DNA of 55,926 bases from a virus. Taxonomy: Duplodnaviria > Caudoviricetes. Within the stretch, counting starts at the first letter, position 1. Each line of letters opens with the position of its first letter. The stretch spans positions 1 through 55,926 of IMG/VR virus record IMGVR_UViG_3300017971_001822. One strand, 5' to 3'. The translations under genes were made by a program, and so were the position numbers. Shown in pieces: positions 18,808 to 28,884 of the stretch. The notes beneath the pieces are model-generated. The model had not been told where the DNA came from and searched no databases. It saw nothing but the letters and a program-made list of their open reading frames with translations.

Positions 18808-19970
18808 CCACCTTTGAGTCTGCTGACCACTTCGTCTCTCTTGAAATAATATCCACGATCATAGAACGGGAAAAACTCTGGAATGAATCTTGCTACGCCA
18901 CCAGCGATGTCTTGTTGAAGCGTACAGATAACAAAACCAACGTGTGCTTCAATTTTCTTTTTCCTCATGAATCTAGTTTGGTCACACACGCAGCCGCACT
19001 GAACGACATGGACGTTTCTAGGATAGCAATAATCAAACTTGTGGTAATGCCCCGCCAGAATCACCGCTGGTTTTTCGCCGCCTTGGAGCGATTCGACTAT
19101 TTTCTGGCTGGCATAAGATACTGCATAGGAAGATCCACCTCCGGGATGCATGGTTTTAATAACACATGAACCTTTGGGTGCCTTGATTTCGATATCTGCT
19201 TCCATGTACCCCATGTATTGCAAATCTTCTCTGCCTTGGGCTTGTGCTTCGAGTTGTAAGTATCTTCCAAACTCAAGACCTTCCCTCTGTTGCCACCATC
19301 CTTCATGATCATCGCCGTCGACATAGTAAGTGACAATACCGTCTCTTTGCGGCCAATTATCGATTGCGTACTGGCATTGATCAGAGATTCCGTGTACCAG
19401 CAACTCGTGTCGATTAAACCTGAACTCGCCGTCGACATAATTACCAGCACAGAAAACTGTATTAACACCTCTCTCTGCAAACGTGTCGTAAGCCGCCTTC
19501 AAAACGTCGAGTCTAGCATTCTTGTTCCCAAGATGCATATCTGTTACAACGCCAAACTTGATTGGTTCGCCATAAAACTGGTTATCCAGAATAACGCCAT
19601 CCGCACCATGTTGGACAGATTTTCCAAGCTGAATGTACGAGCCTTTCCTCTCAATAATATATCCGTGCTCTTCTAGATCTTTTAGCACATTTTCAATATC
19701 GCTCAATTGAGCAGACATATCCTTTGCCAGTTGCTCTGGCGTAACCGATTTCCTGATTTTTCTAATAACTTCAGATCTAAACAGCGGATCTGACGGATCG
19801 ATGCCCACACGAGGAATACCTTCGAGAATTGTTTTCGCCTGAGTGATCATCTTTCTGGCTTTCCAGACAGACACATCCATGGCGTCAGCAATCTCTTCTC
19901 TGGTCTTGCCGCTTCTCAATAGTCTGATTACTTCCTCGATCTCCGGACTTATCTGAGGATTCTTAGACAT
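18804..19970 (-). CDS. HTH-fused calcineurin-like metallophosphoesterase
   Basis: N-terminal HTH (TREEIADAMDVS); DMH, GNYVDG, GDDHE, HPGGG, GHYH motifs. Confidence 0.8.
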   Translation of the reverse strand: MSKNPQISPEIEEVIRLLRSGKTREEIADAMDVSVWKARKMITQAKTILEGIPRVGIDPSDPLFRSEVIRKIRKSVTPEQLAKDMSAQLSDIENVLKDLEEHGYIIERKGSYIQLGKSVQHGADGVILDNQFYGEPIKFGVVTDMHLGNKNARLDVLKAAYDTFAERGVNTVFCAGNYVDGEFRFNRHELLVHGISDQCQYAIDNWPQRDGIVTYYVDGDDHEGWWQQREGLEFGRYLQLEAQAQGREDLQYMGYMEADIEIKAPKGSCVIKTMHPGGGSSYAVSYASQKIVESLQGGEKPAVILAGHYHKFDYCYPRNVHVVQCGCVCDQTRFMRKKKIEAHVGFVICTLQQDIAGGVARFIPEFFPFYDRGYYFKRDEVVSRLKGG

Positions 19971-19997
19971 GTACTACCCCCTTCTTTTTGGCACTAT

Positions 19998-20027
19998 ATT
20001 ATATCATTCAGCATAGCTTTTTTCTAC
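19998..20027 (-). promoter_or_regulatory. Phage promoter motif, copy 2 (GTAGAAA-N14-TGATATAAT)
   Basis: Exact motif in the gap upstream of the phosphoesterase gene. Confidence 0.75.
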
Positions 20028-21787
20028 TAAATTTCGCAAGATCCTTTAGGACAATCATTAACGGACGATGTAGATTCTATGCTGGAAAGATATTTTTTGG
20101 CCTCTTCGATTTCAACGGGAGTCATAGGAGACTCACCCTTACTCCCGTCCCTATAAAGAGTTATGCCCTTAACTTCATCAATGAACTCCCTCATGACGTC
20201 CGATAACTCTTCTAGATCATAATTGTTTGGTAGATTAATCGTCTTTGAGATGGAGTTGTCTATGTGTCGCTGACAGATCGCTTGCATTGCCAAGTGATCA
20301 TATGGGGCTATTTCATGCGCTGTTTGGAAGTGATCTACTGATTTGCCTTCCTGCAAAAACTTCTTAACTAACGGATGGATAACTATCTCGCTACTACTTT
20401 CTCTCTCTGGCGAATGTTGGTTGGCATGTTTGTTGAAACTGCGTTTGTAGACACATTGAAAAATCGGCTCTATGCCAGACGAACACCCTGCCACAATCGA
20501 TGTTGTTCCTGTCGGGGCAATCGTTAATAATGCACAGTTCCTGATCCCATGTTCTTTAATTCTTCTTCTCAAGCTCTTCGTCAAATGCTTTTTGGCGAAT
20601 CCGCTTTGAATATGTTTCTCTGGGTCGAATGAATGAAACGGCCCCTTCTCGACCGCTATCATAATGCTTGTGTCATATGCTCTTTTCTTGATGAAATCCA
20701 TGACTTCTTCCACCATACTTCTTGCGCCATCTGTGTCATATTTAAACCTCATCTGAAGAAGCATGTCATGTAAGCCCATCACTCCAAGACCGATTCTTCT
20801 GTGGTTTTGACATGTCTCTCTGATGATTGGCAAAGGATAATGGTTTTGATCTATTACGTCATCTAAGAATCGGACACTGATGGCGACAGTTTCTTCTAGT
20901 AAGTCCCAGTCCATTTTGCCGCCAACGATGTGTGAAGCGAGATTGATTGCACCAAGACAACAACAGTCATAAGACATAAGCCAAACTTCGCCACAAGGAT
21001 TGGTAGTGACTACTTCGCCAGCGTAATAAGCTGTATTCATATTGTTCGCTAGCCCAATGTTCAACAAGCCCGGATCTCCACTTTCCCAAGCGTTCGTAAC
21101 AATCTTGTTCCATAGTTCCCTTGCTGGCATTCGTCCTCGCTCTTCGCCTTTCCATCTGAAAATTACATCCTCTTCTGCGTCGAGCAATTTTATGAACTGA
21201 TCATCTATGCAAACAGATATATTTGCATTGTTAAGTTGTTTCTCGTCTAACTTAACAGACAGGAATTCCGGAATATCTGGATGGTCGTAATTGAGACAGA
21301 ACAAAAGCGCCGATCTTCGTCCGCCGCCTTCTCTCAATTCTTCGCACATTGCATTTACCATCTTCATAATAGAAACAGATCCTGTGCTCTCGCCACCAGT
21401 CCCACGGATTGGGGTTCCTCTTGGCCTGACATGGGAGAAGTTAACACCCACGCCGCCACCCATTCCAGAGATGATCAAAACTGACCTAAGAAGGTCTCCC
21501 CATCCTTCTCTGCTATCTTCGCAGGGTATAGCAAAGCAATTTAGGAGTTGTCCTCTTGGTCTTCCTGATCCTCTCCAAATTCTTCCCCCACAAGAAAAAC
21601 GATTGGTAACAAGAATATCATAAAATCTGGCAGCATATTCATCCCTCTTCTTTCCGAATTCGGCGCTGGCGATATGATTAGCTACTCTACGGCAAGCATC
21701 GCTAAAAGTCTCGTTTTCATGAATCGCATATCTATCTTTGAATATATCAAGTGCAAACCCCGATGGGGTATAGTGTTCTATATTCAT
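20027..21787 (-). CDS. nrdJ: Adenosylcobalamin-dependent ribonucleotide reductase (class II)
   Basis: LLNCF, GGGVG, GGGRRSA, TNPCGE, CCLG, RRIGLGVMG, APTGT and C-terminal CPKGSCEI; no beta subunit nearby. Confidence 0.88.
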   Translation of the reverse strand: MNIEHYTPSGFALDIFKDRYAIHENETFSDACRRVANHIASAEFGKKRDEYAARFYDILVTNRFSCGGRIWRGSGRPRGQLLNCFAIPCEDSREGWGDLLRSVLIISGMGGGVGVNFSHVRPRGTPIRGTGGESTGSVSIMKMVNAMCEELREGGGRRSALLFCLNYDHPDIPEFLSVKLDEKQLNNANISVCIDDQFIKLLDAEEDVIFRWKGEERGRMPARELWNKIVTNAWESGDPGLLNIGLANNMNTAYYAGEVVTTNPCGEVWLMSYDCCCLGAINLASHIVGGKMDWDLLEETVAISVRFLDDVIDQNHYPLPIIRETCQNHRRIGLGVMGLHDMLLQMRFKYDTDGARSMVEEVMDFIKKRAYDTSIMIAVEKGPFHSFDPEKHIQSGFAKKHLTKSLRRRIKEHGIRNCALLTIAPTGTTSIVAGCSSGIEPIFQCVYKRSFNKHANQHSPERESSSEIVIHPLVKKFLQEGKSVDHFQTAHEIAPYDHLAMQAICQRHIDNSISKTINLPNNYDLEELSDVMREFIDEVKGITLYRDGSKGESPMTPVEIEEAKKYLSSIESTSSVNDCPKGSCEI

Positions 21788-22329
21788 CGGCGAGTAATCC
21801 CCCTTCTTCTCATATGTGATAGCTGGATCAACTGCTTTAATTCGTCCAATTCATCCCATAACAAATCAACATCTTCTGGAATCCATTCCACAACATCTAT
21901 ATCTCGTCCTTCTAGAAGCAAATCTATTAAACGATTTTGAAGTTCACTATCCTCTAGGTGTTGACTATCTTTGTGCGTCGATCTGACTGGGCCGAACACA
22001 ACTCTTGCGATATCTTTCTGTATTAGTTGTGACCAACAATGCGCACATGGTGGGCCTGTAATGTACGCAGTAGCACCTTTCATGGACACATCGCAATTCA
22101 GAATCGCGTTCTCTTCAGAATGCAAGACGATATAATATTTGTCGGGTCTGGTTTGTGGCATCTTCTCGTCGTCGCAATCTTTTGGAAAACCATTGTATCC
22201 TTGCGATAATGGCTTCCCATCTTCCGCTATGACAATGCAACCATGCTGTGTAGACTCGTCTTGGCTCCTAACCCTGATCCATAGGGCTTGAACCATATGA
22301 TAATCATCTCTACATGGCCTATTTCTCAT
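21784..22329 (-). CDS. dCMP deaminase
   Basis: GYNG, HSEENAI and PCAHC zinc-deaminase motifs. Confidence 0.88.
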   Translation of the reverse strand: MRNRPCRDDYHMVQALWIRVRSQDESTQHGCIVIAEDGKPLSQGYNGFPKDCDDEKMPQTRPDKYYIVLHSEENAILNCDVSMKGATAYITGPPCAHCWSQLIQKDIARVVFGPVRSTHKDSQHLEDSELQNRLIDLLLEGRDIDVVEWIPEDVDLLWDELDELKQLIQLSHMRRRGITRR

Positions 22330-22949
22330 TCTTCACCCTCTATTATCATTCCACTGTCGGACGGCAAGCTTGCGTCATCGTCCTTCAGACTGGCAATCTG
22401 TTTATTTATAGAATCACAAAACGGCTGAAGCATATGCGAAATGTAGTCGTCGTCGTTTTGGTATGATGCCGCATCTGCTTTTCGAACCGAGAACCAATTG
22501 TCAATGTTGTATCTGCCGACTACTGCAATGAACTTTCTGACAGATTTTTCTGACAAAGATTGTCTAACATCAAACATATGTGTTTTTATGATGCGGAGAA
22601 CCTTATCCCTTACGTCTGGATCTGCTTCCCATTCCTCAAGCATTTTGTCTGCGATCTCAACTGACGCTCGCTCATGTCCCGGAAAGCCTAGAAGAGTCCC
22701 GTCTTTTTCTACTCTAGTCCGAGGCTTGCCTAGATCATGAAATATTGCAGCGAAAAGTGTAATCTCATTTTTACATTCAAGAGCATCCAGCACGTTCATG
22801 GTGTGATCAAAGACGGTCTGGCCATTTCTCTGGATACATTGGCGAGCACGATCTAGTGCATAAAACGAATTCCAACTATTGCGCCAATACGCACTCGGAC
22901 AGTCTGCGTCTAACATGGCATCTATTATGATCTTGGCTTTAGTTTTCAT
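22326..22949 (-). CDS. HD-domain phosphohydrolase (like the HD domain of CCA-adding enzymes)
   Basis: VFDHT, AAIFHDLGKP, FPGHE, H and AD motifs. Confidence 0.8.
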   Translation of the reverse strand: MKTKAKIIIDAMLDADCPSAYWRNSWNSFYALDRARQCIQRNGQTVFDHTMNVLDALECKNEITLFAAIFHDLGKPRTRVEKDGTLLGFPGHERASVEIADKMLEEWEADPDVRDKVLRIIKTHMFDVRQSLSEKSVRKFIAVVGRYNIDNWFSVRKADAASYQNDDDYISHMLQPFCDSINKQIASLKDDDASLPSDSGMIIEGEE

Positions 22950-23799
22950 TCGTCTCCACGAGGTCTTGGTTTAGTTTCGTAATGAAGGTCATGCTGTTTT
23001 CTTCAAGAAATTCATGAATGACAGTCGCAGAAATTGAGTATGCGTAATGTGCGACGAATTGAAAGCCGACACAAGCCACGCTGCTCGGCATACCAATCAA
23101 ATAATATTCACCTTCATATTCTTTGAACAACCCGCCGCCGCTAGACCCCGGAGAAATCTGTGCCGTATGGGAAAACATAAGAATGTCTTCCTGAAGATAG
23201 AAGGCAGAGACAAGTCCCTTGGTCGGCAATGGCTTTTTGCCAAGCTGACATCCAACGGCAAAAACTTCATCGAATATACGAACGTCCATCATTTGTTCAG
23301 CAGACGCAATTCTCGCAATGTTCTCTATCAGATCTTCCGTGAAAAAACTCACGACAGCAAGATCATAATCTTCTGATTCAATCAATATGGTGGCATCATA
23401 AATCTCCCATTCTGTAGCTTCATGCCTGAATACTGTTACCGAACAGCCGGGATCCTCCATGACGTACTCTACTGTGCCTCTTAGTCCGTCAACATCAATG
23501 TCTTTGAGAATCTCTCTATTGTCGACAACGTGGGCATTCGTGATAGCCAGATACCAGTACCTACCTTTTTCGTCTGGCCCATCTCGAAACACCAAGACGC
23601 CAGACCCGCTTGACTCCTCATTTACTACATGGATAATAGGGTCAAGCATAGCCATTTGTTTAATATCTGTTGCTGATAATACAACTTGATTTGCGTCGTT
23701 CGCAGAGTCGATAGAATAATAGACGTAAGCAGCAAGACCAGCAATGGTCAACCCTATCACCACAATAACTACATTGGCAATTTTTTCAAACGTAGACAT
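22939..23799 (-). CDS. Membrane-anchored trypsin-like serine protease
   Basis: N-terminal TM helix; TNAHVV, DLA and PGSSGGG catalytic triad motifs. Confidence 0.88.
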   Translation of the reverse strand: MSTFEKIANVVIVVIGLTIAGLAAYVYYSIDSANDANQVVLSATDIKQMAMLDPIIHVVNEESSGSGVLVFRDGPDEKGRYWYLAITNAHVVDNREILKDIDVDGLRGTVEYVMEDPGCSVTVFRHEATEWEIYDATILIESEDYDLAVVSFFTEDLIENIARIASAEQMMDVRIFDEVFAVGCQLGKKPLPTKGLVSAFYLQEDILMFSHTAQISPGSSGGGLFKEYEGEYYLIGMPSSVACVGFQFVAHYAYSISATVIHEFLEENSMTFITKLNQDLVETNEN

Positions 23800-23808
23800 T
23801 GCTTTCCC

Positions 23809-24255
23809 CTAACGAGATTGATATTCTTCGACCGCTTCGAGCGCGCCAGTCAAGCCAGCAGCGATCAATTTGCTAGCAAGCTCTTGTTCTTCGGTCGGAT
23901 CAACAATTGAAATGACATACCTCTCAATCACGTCGAGGATAGTAAAGCCGATAATTTTGTGTTCTTCTGGTAAATATTGCTCGGCAAGGTCTCTTAGACC
24001 ACCAATGTCTGGACAATCTGGTTCAGACAAAAGGTCTCTCGCCACCTCCACGTATGCGCTTATAACTTCTAGGTCGCCACGGTTCGGTTTGAATTCGTGC
24101 AATGCAATTCTAGTTGCAACTTTAACAAAGAATTTGATATCCTGTCTTTGTCTTTCGGGATCTACTTGGCTGACGCCACCTTTCAAGGCACAACCAGCAA
24201 GACATGGAATTATCAATAACACCGAAAGTGCTGCTGAAATTAGACATTTATTCAT
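23809..24255 (-). CDS. Lipoprotein
   Basis: Signal peptide with lipobox LAGC; GGAGAGG RBS. Confidence 0.7.
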   Translation of the reverse strand: MNKCLISAALSVLLIIPCLAGCALKGGVSQVDPERQRQDIKFFVKVATRIALHEFKPNRGDLEVISAYVEVARDLLSEPDCPDIGGLRDLAEQYLPEEHKIIGFTILDVIERYVISIVDPTEEQELASKLIAAGLTGALEAVEEYQSR

Positions 24256-24316
24256 TATCCACCTCTCCACTTTTGGCTACAGAGTTTATACACTCCAAAC
24301 TTAGTCAATCGCCCAA

Positions 24317-24862
24317 CTACTGCGAATTATTTTGCTGTCTTGACAGTGTTTTAGGAATCATCTTTTCAATGTCTCGAATAAGCGGTCGCCACATCTCAAT
24401 TTCTCTAAGTAGCTCTGGTGTAACCTCTTTGCCTTCTTCTGATAAATGCATCCAGATAGGCTTTTGTGATTCGAGGAATGTGTCAACTTGACCGAGATAT
24501 TGGTCTGCACGTTCACCCGCAATTAACAGAAATGCAAGGTACGCAAAGCTTTCCGAGACTACGGCTTCATCTTGACCGATATCATGATTAAGTTTTGCCA
24601 AAATTTCCATCGCATCATTTCTATCAAGCTTACCGTCCACAGACCGATCTAAGATTGCGTTTGCGGCTTCGCCGATCCACTTCTCACGAGCCTCAGTAAT
24701 AAGAGCCCTATTGAGGCCCCAAGACTTGACGAAGAAGGCTGTGCGGACATCGACGTTAATCCTAGTTCCTTGTTCCAAAGAGAGTTGCGCTCTATCGGCA
24801 GCAGAACACCCTGCCAACACCAATAAAGCTAAAAAGAATAGAATACATACAATACCACGCAT
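24317..24862 (-). CDS. Lipoprotein
   Basis: MRG + hydrophobic core + lipobox LAGC. Confidence 0.75.
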   Translation of the reverse strand: MRGIVCILFFLALLVLAGCSAADRAQLSLEQGTRINVDVRTAFFVKSWGLNRALITEAREKWIGEAANAILDRSVDGKLDRNDAMEILAKLNHDIGQDEAVVSESFAYLAFLLIAGERADQYLGQVDTFLESQKPIWMHLSEEGKEVTPELLREIEMWRPLIRDIEKMIPKTLSRQQNNSQ

Positions 24863-24866
24863 AGCA

Positions 24867-25154
24867 TTATCCCCCCATGATCAGCATAAGCTGAAGAGCA
24901 AAAACGAATCCATCCATCCAGTTCTCGGCTGCGATTGCCCCTGCAAGTTCTCGTCTTGCATTCATAATCTCTTGTCTGGTAGGGGCTTCGACCGCTAAGT
25001 TGAAACGATTGGCATCTCGCAGACCGACAGGGCCTGACGCGAGCGATCTCAACTCTTCTTTTTCCTTTTCGGTCAAGGTGGGATAGATTTTTTCTAGGAT
25101 TGTAAACAATTCTTCTGTTTTGGTTGCAACATCTTTCATCATATCTTCAGTCAT
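24867..25154 (-). CDS. Hypothetical protein
   Basis: 95-aa ORF with hydrophobic C-terminus; tiles with neighbours. Confidence 0.55.
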   Translation of the reverse strand: MTEDMMKDVATKTEELFTILEKIYPTLTEKEKEELRSLASGPVGLRDANRFNLAVEAPTRQEIMNARRELAGAIAAENWMDGFVFALQLMLIMGG

Positions 25155-25602
25155 CGAACATCTCCCTTCTCATAGCTGCCGGGAATCTTATTTTTCGGAA
25201 ATCTTTATATCTTAACAACAGTTTCGCGCTGTCAATAGTTTCTTGGGGGTAATGGGACTGGCGTTTTATTGCGTCCTTCACGCTTTGCCAGCCCCATTGT
25301 TCCGATTTTTTCAGGCCAAGTTTCGCACACATCACCAGTGAATAGATTTGTGCATGTGCTTCTTGGACTATACTTGTTTCACACTTTCTGCAATAACACT
25401 TTAGTTTCTCGCATTTGTAGTGTCCCAACTCGTGGAGAAAAATAGAGGCTTTCTGGTAATTCTCCAGTCCTTCATCGATGAAAATCTTTTGAGGTTTTTT
25501 AGCATAAAACCCATAGTAATCTTCATCAATCCTAGTCTCCTCAACCGGAATTGGACTGAGCTTGTATAGCTCGTTCAATTGTCGACGAGAAACTCTCCGC
25601 AT
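25147..25602 (-). CDS. ImmA/IrrE-like HEXXH metallopeptidase domain protein
   Basis: IFID...FLHELGH...E.A pattern. Confidence 0.6.
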   Translation of the reverse strand: MRRVSRRQLNELYKLSPIPVEETRIDEDYYGFYAKKPQKIFIDEGLENYQKASIFLHELGHYKCEKLKCYCRKCETSIVQEAHAQIYSLVMCAKLGLKKSEQWGWQSVKDAIKRQSHYPQETIDSAKLLLRYKDFRKIRFPAAMRREMFDD

Positions 25603-27362
25603 TACAACATCCTACGACGAGTAGTGAATTTGCCGAACATCAGGCCGCAGATGATAGCCCAAGCAGTCCCAATAGTACCGAGACCACACATGACTTCTTC
25701 TTCCAACGGACCTTTGTCCTCAAAATTCGTTCCACTTCCGGCAGGATCGGCTCCACAATCTGGACATTCGCCATCCTCGCCATCCTCGCCGTCTTCGCCG
25801 TCTTTGCCATCCTTACCATCGGCTCCATCCTGACCATCAGCGCCATCTTCGCCCTTCTCGCCATCCTTAACAAGAACTGACGTTCCATCTTCACAAACAA
25901 TCAAGGCACCTTCTTTGGTATTGACAACCGTACAGGATAAGCCGTCTTCGCCATCCTTGCCGTCCTCGCCATCCTTACCATCCTGACCATCCTGACCATC
26001 CTGACCGTCTTGGCCGTCTTCACCATCTTCGCCATCCTGTCCACTATTGCCACTGGATCCATCTTGACCATTTTTACCATCTTCGCCATGACAATCCAAC
26101 ACATCGATTACTTCGTCGCCGTTAAGATCTTCGGTGAAAGTACACCTGAAATCTCCCGGAGCCTCGTCGCAATAGACAACACAGGTAGCTTCTTCAGTGC
26201 TTGCAATAGCGCGGGCATTGTTCGGGACATATTCTGGATTCATTGCGCCAAACCTATCTACTGTTCGACACTCATACTCATAGTAATATCCACCATCGCC
26301 CAACTTAAGATCTGGGTGACGGAAATCCTTCTCGCCGTTACCGTTCAGATCCCAACAGCTAATGCCATCTTCACCGTCTTCGCCATCCTGACCGTCTTCT
26401 CCATCCTTGCCGTCTTGACCGTCCTCGCCATCCTTGCCATCTTCGCCATCCTCGCCATCCTTGCCATCTTCACCATCTTCACCATCTTCGCCGTCACAGA
26501 CGATTGCTGACGTACCGTCTTCACAGTAGACGTATGCACATGGCCCATCCTGCTGAACAGTACATGACGTGCCGGGAATGCCATCTTCACCGTCTTTACC
26601 ATCTTGGCCATCCTCGCCGTCTTTACCATCTTCGCCATCTTTACCGTCTTCACCATCTTGGCCGTCTTCGCCATCCTTGCCATCTTCACCATCTTGGCCG
26701 TCCTGACCATCTTCTCCGTCTTCTCCGTCCTGACCGTCTTCTCCGTCTTCGCCATCACAGACTACAGCCTGAGTACCATCTTCGCAATAGATATAGGCAC
26801 AAGAGCCATCTTGCTCGACAGTACAAGAAGTTCCATCTTCGCCGTCTTCACCGTCTTTCCCCGGAGGGCCTTGACAGTCAAGAACATCGCAGAACCCATC
26901 ATCGTTGACATCTTCATCGGGACTGCACGCGAAGTCACCATCGAAATCCCAACAGTGCAGACCATCTTCACCGTCTTCGCAGCAACAAGTGACAGTTAAG
27001 TTGACAGTCTTAGTCTTTTGGTGGCCAGAGCATCCATCATACTTATATGTTTTAACCTCGATTGGATAAACACCGGGGATATCTGGAGCCGTGATTGTAA
27101 ACGTCTCTGTAAACGTCCCATTCTTGTGATTAGCATGGTCAAAGCATTTACCATCGACTTTCGTGCTCTTCCACCACATGTCCTGATACCAAGAATAATG
27201 CAATTTGACTTGTACGGTTATTTTAACATCTTCTCCCGGACAAGTGATTGCTGGACTGACAGTGACCGACTTGATCTCATGATGACACGCCTCGGCCTGA
27301 GACGGACAACACACGATAGCCGCGATGCCAGCGATTAGGAATAAAACATTACTTAATCTCAT
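25602..27362 (-). CDS. Secreted acidic collagen-like surface protein with C-terminal CGxG-TM-RRR anchor
   Basis: Signal peptide; long G-E-D/G-K-D/G-Q-D triplet runs; three SCTV..CEDGT modules; two CWD..D.N.D...DVLDC motifs; C-terminus MCGLG-TM-RRR. Confidence 0.8.
   Translation of the reverse strand: MRLSNVLFLIAGIAAIVCCPSQAEACHHEIKSVTVSPAITCPGEDVKITVQVKLHYSWYQDMWWKSTKVDGKCFDHANHKNGTFTETFTITAPDIPGVYPIEVKTYKYDGCSGHQKTKTVNLTVTCCCEDGEDGLHCWDFDGDFACSPDEDVNDDGFCDVLDCQGPPGKDGEDGEDGTSCTVEQDGSCAYIYCEDGTQAVVCDGEDGEDGQDGEDGEDGQDGQDGEDGKDGEDGQDGEDGKDGEDGKDGEDGQDGKDGEDGIPGTSCTVQQDGPCAYVYCEDGTSAIVCDGEDGEDGEDGKDGEDGEDGKDGEDGQDGKDGEDGQDGEDGEDGISCWDLNGNGEKDFRHPDLKLGDGGYYYEYECRTVDRFGAMNPEYVPNNARAIASTEEATCVVYCDEAPGDFRCTFTEDLNGDEVIDVLDCHGEDGKNGQDGSSGNSGQDGEDGEDGQDGQDGQDGQDGKDGEDGKDGEDGLSCTVVNTKEGALIVCEDGTSVLVKDGEKGEDGADGQDGADGKDGKDGEDGEDGEDGECPDCGADPAGSGTNFEDKGPLEEEVMCGLGTIGTAWAIICGLMFGKFTTRRRML
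25768..26990. repeat. Degenerate 9-bp coding repeats (collagen G-X-D triplets)
   Basis: Runs of (g/a)cc(g/a)tc(c/t)tc/(t)tg units inside the collagen-like CDS, interrupted by unique modules. Confidence 0.85.
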
Positions 27363-27661
27363 TGATTTTCCCCTTTTTTAGTTTCATGCCTTCTCTTACC
27401 CTTAACTTCTGATTTGAAAGTTTGGAACCTTTTTCTCCTTTTCTTCTTTTGTTTCGGGTTGACTAACTCATAACTAACCTGATATTTTTCTCCGCATTCG
27501 ACTACGCCAGACCCAGTGGTATGAAGTTCTCTGCATTTACCTTCGCACCTGAGACAGTGTAAGGTGCCACAAGCACATAGGTCTTGGCCGACTAGCGGCC
27601 TAAGTCTAGCGGCTTTTTTCTCTTTTTTCTTCTGTTCCTTGTTTTTCCTCTTAACCTTCAT
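27359..27661 (-). CDS. Basic Cys-containing hypothetical protein
   Basis: K/R-rich, CACG..HC..C; ATGA-type overlaps on both sides. Confidence 0.55.
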   Translation of the reverse strand: MKVKRKNKEQKKKEKKAARLRPLVGQDLCACGTLHCLRCEGKCRELHTTGSGVVECGEKYQVSYELVNPKQKKKRRKRFQTFKSEVKGKRRHETKKGENQ

Positions 27662-28179
27662 GCCAATACCTCGGACAAATTATCTGGCAACATATCTTTC
27701 ATTTTGCTCATAGCCCTCTGACTGATTTGGCCGACCCTTGCTCTCGACATGCCAATGTTTTCTGCGATCTCTTCTAGGGTTTGGTTCTCAAACCACTTTT
27801 GCCTGACAACCTCTCGTTCGATATCACTGAGTTTGTCAAGCAATTCTTCGACCAGTATCTTCAAGTCCAAGTCCTCTGTGTACGATCTCTCTATGGGCAG
27901 ACTATCTGTCTCTACCGATCTAGCTTTTAAGTCATCTCGTTTTTGGTTTCTGACATGTTGTTCGACATAAGCATACACAAAGGTTGTCATGGAACAATGA
28001 TATCTCTGATCGAAATGAATCATGCAATACAAGAGCCCTCTTTGTGCTATGTCGAGATAATCGTCTATGTCAGATTCAGAGAGCGAATGCTTAAAAACTA
28101 TGTTATTCTTCAGCATCCATTCAAGCTTGTCATAAAAGTAGTTGAAATACGATTTAGTTATTCGTCTTTTTTTGGGCAC
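27658..28179 (-). CDS. Sigma-70-family RNA polymerase sigma factor (regions 2 and 4)
   Basis: DD....A..GL..C..HFD...TTFVY region 2; LSDIEREVV...TLEEIAENIGMSRARVGQI region 4 HTH. Confidence 0.82.
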   Translation of the reverse strand: MPKKRRITKSYFNYFYDKLEWMLKNNIVFKHSLSESDIDDYLDIAQRGLLYCMIHFDQRYHCSMTTFVYAYVEQHVRNQKRDDLKARSVETDSLPIERSYTEDLDLKILVEELLDKLSDIEREVVRQKWFENQTLEEIAENIGMSRARVGQISQRAMSKMKDMLPDNLSEVLA

Positions 28180-28804
28180 GTATTTTTCTCCAAATAGTGT
28201 CTACTTCAGCCTCATGTTTGGGCGTCCATATCCTATCGACGAAACCAAGTTTAATGGCAGCTTTCGCGTTCATCCAGTGAGTAGAATTCATTAGCTCTAA
28301 TAGCTTTTTGTATGACACATCAACACGCCTAGACAAATTCTTAACTTTTGCTTTGTAATCTTGTTCAAAGAAATCTGTCGTAAGCTTAGATGTCCCGACT
28401 GGTTCTGGCTGAGACGGGAAGACAGTGATAGAATGTATCATCATAGAGGCATTCGGTGTAATGTATCTTTCATTTTTTTGGCCATACGCGGCAATGATAG
28501 CAGCCATTGAATTAGCTTGGCCCCGGACAATAGTATAGATCGGAAATGGCGCAAGGACCATCTGATCGATGATTGAATATCCGGCGATCATACTGCCGCC
28601 AGCACTTGAGATATACATGTAGACTGGATCTTTTGTTTGTGCGTAGAACTGCAAGTGCCCGTTGACGCGAGCAGCAACGCTATCTGTTATCTCGCCAGAT
28701 ACCAGAACTCTTCTTGTGGTTAGGTTGGTCGCTTCTGTGGTGTCATCTATGATGACCGGACGATCATCACAATCGTCGTCGCACGTCTGTTTGTGGAGAC
28801 TCAC
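28154..28804 (-). CDS. clpP: ClpP-family protease subunit
   Basis: RRVLVSGEI, YISSAGGS, GQANSMAA (Ser), MMIHS (His), WMNA.AA..GFVD. Confidence 0.85.
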   Translation of the reverse strand: MSLHKQTCDDDCDDRPVIIDDTTEATNLTTRRVLVSGEITDSVAARVNGHLQFYAQTKDPVYMYISSAGGSMIAGYSIIDQMVLAPFPIYTIVRGQANSMAAIIAAYGQKNERYITPNASMMIHSITVFPSQPEPVGTSKLTTDFFEQDYKAKVKNLSRRVDVSYKKLLELMNSTHWMNAKAAIKLGFVDRIWTPKHEAEVDTIWRKIRAQKKTNN

Positions 28805-28847
28805 TCCATGCTCCTAAATGGACTGCCCCTATTCTTATATTCAGTAT

Positions 28848-28877
28848 ATTATATCAAGATCGGACCCACATTTCTAC
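28848..28877 (-). promoter_or_regulatory. Phage promoter motif, copy 3 (GTAGAAA-N14-TGATATAAT)
   Basis: Exact motif in the thyX-clpP gap. Confidence 0.75.
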
Positions 28878-28884
28878 TAATTTC

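Noticed and set aside
25640-26999. Alternative-frame and antisense ORFs (MAKMVK... and AIFTIF... repeats) and a possible CRISPR-like array
   Set aside because: They are shadows of the 9-bp collagen codon repeats; there are no constant 25-45 bp repeats with unique spacers.
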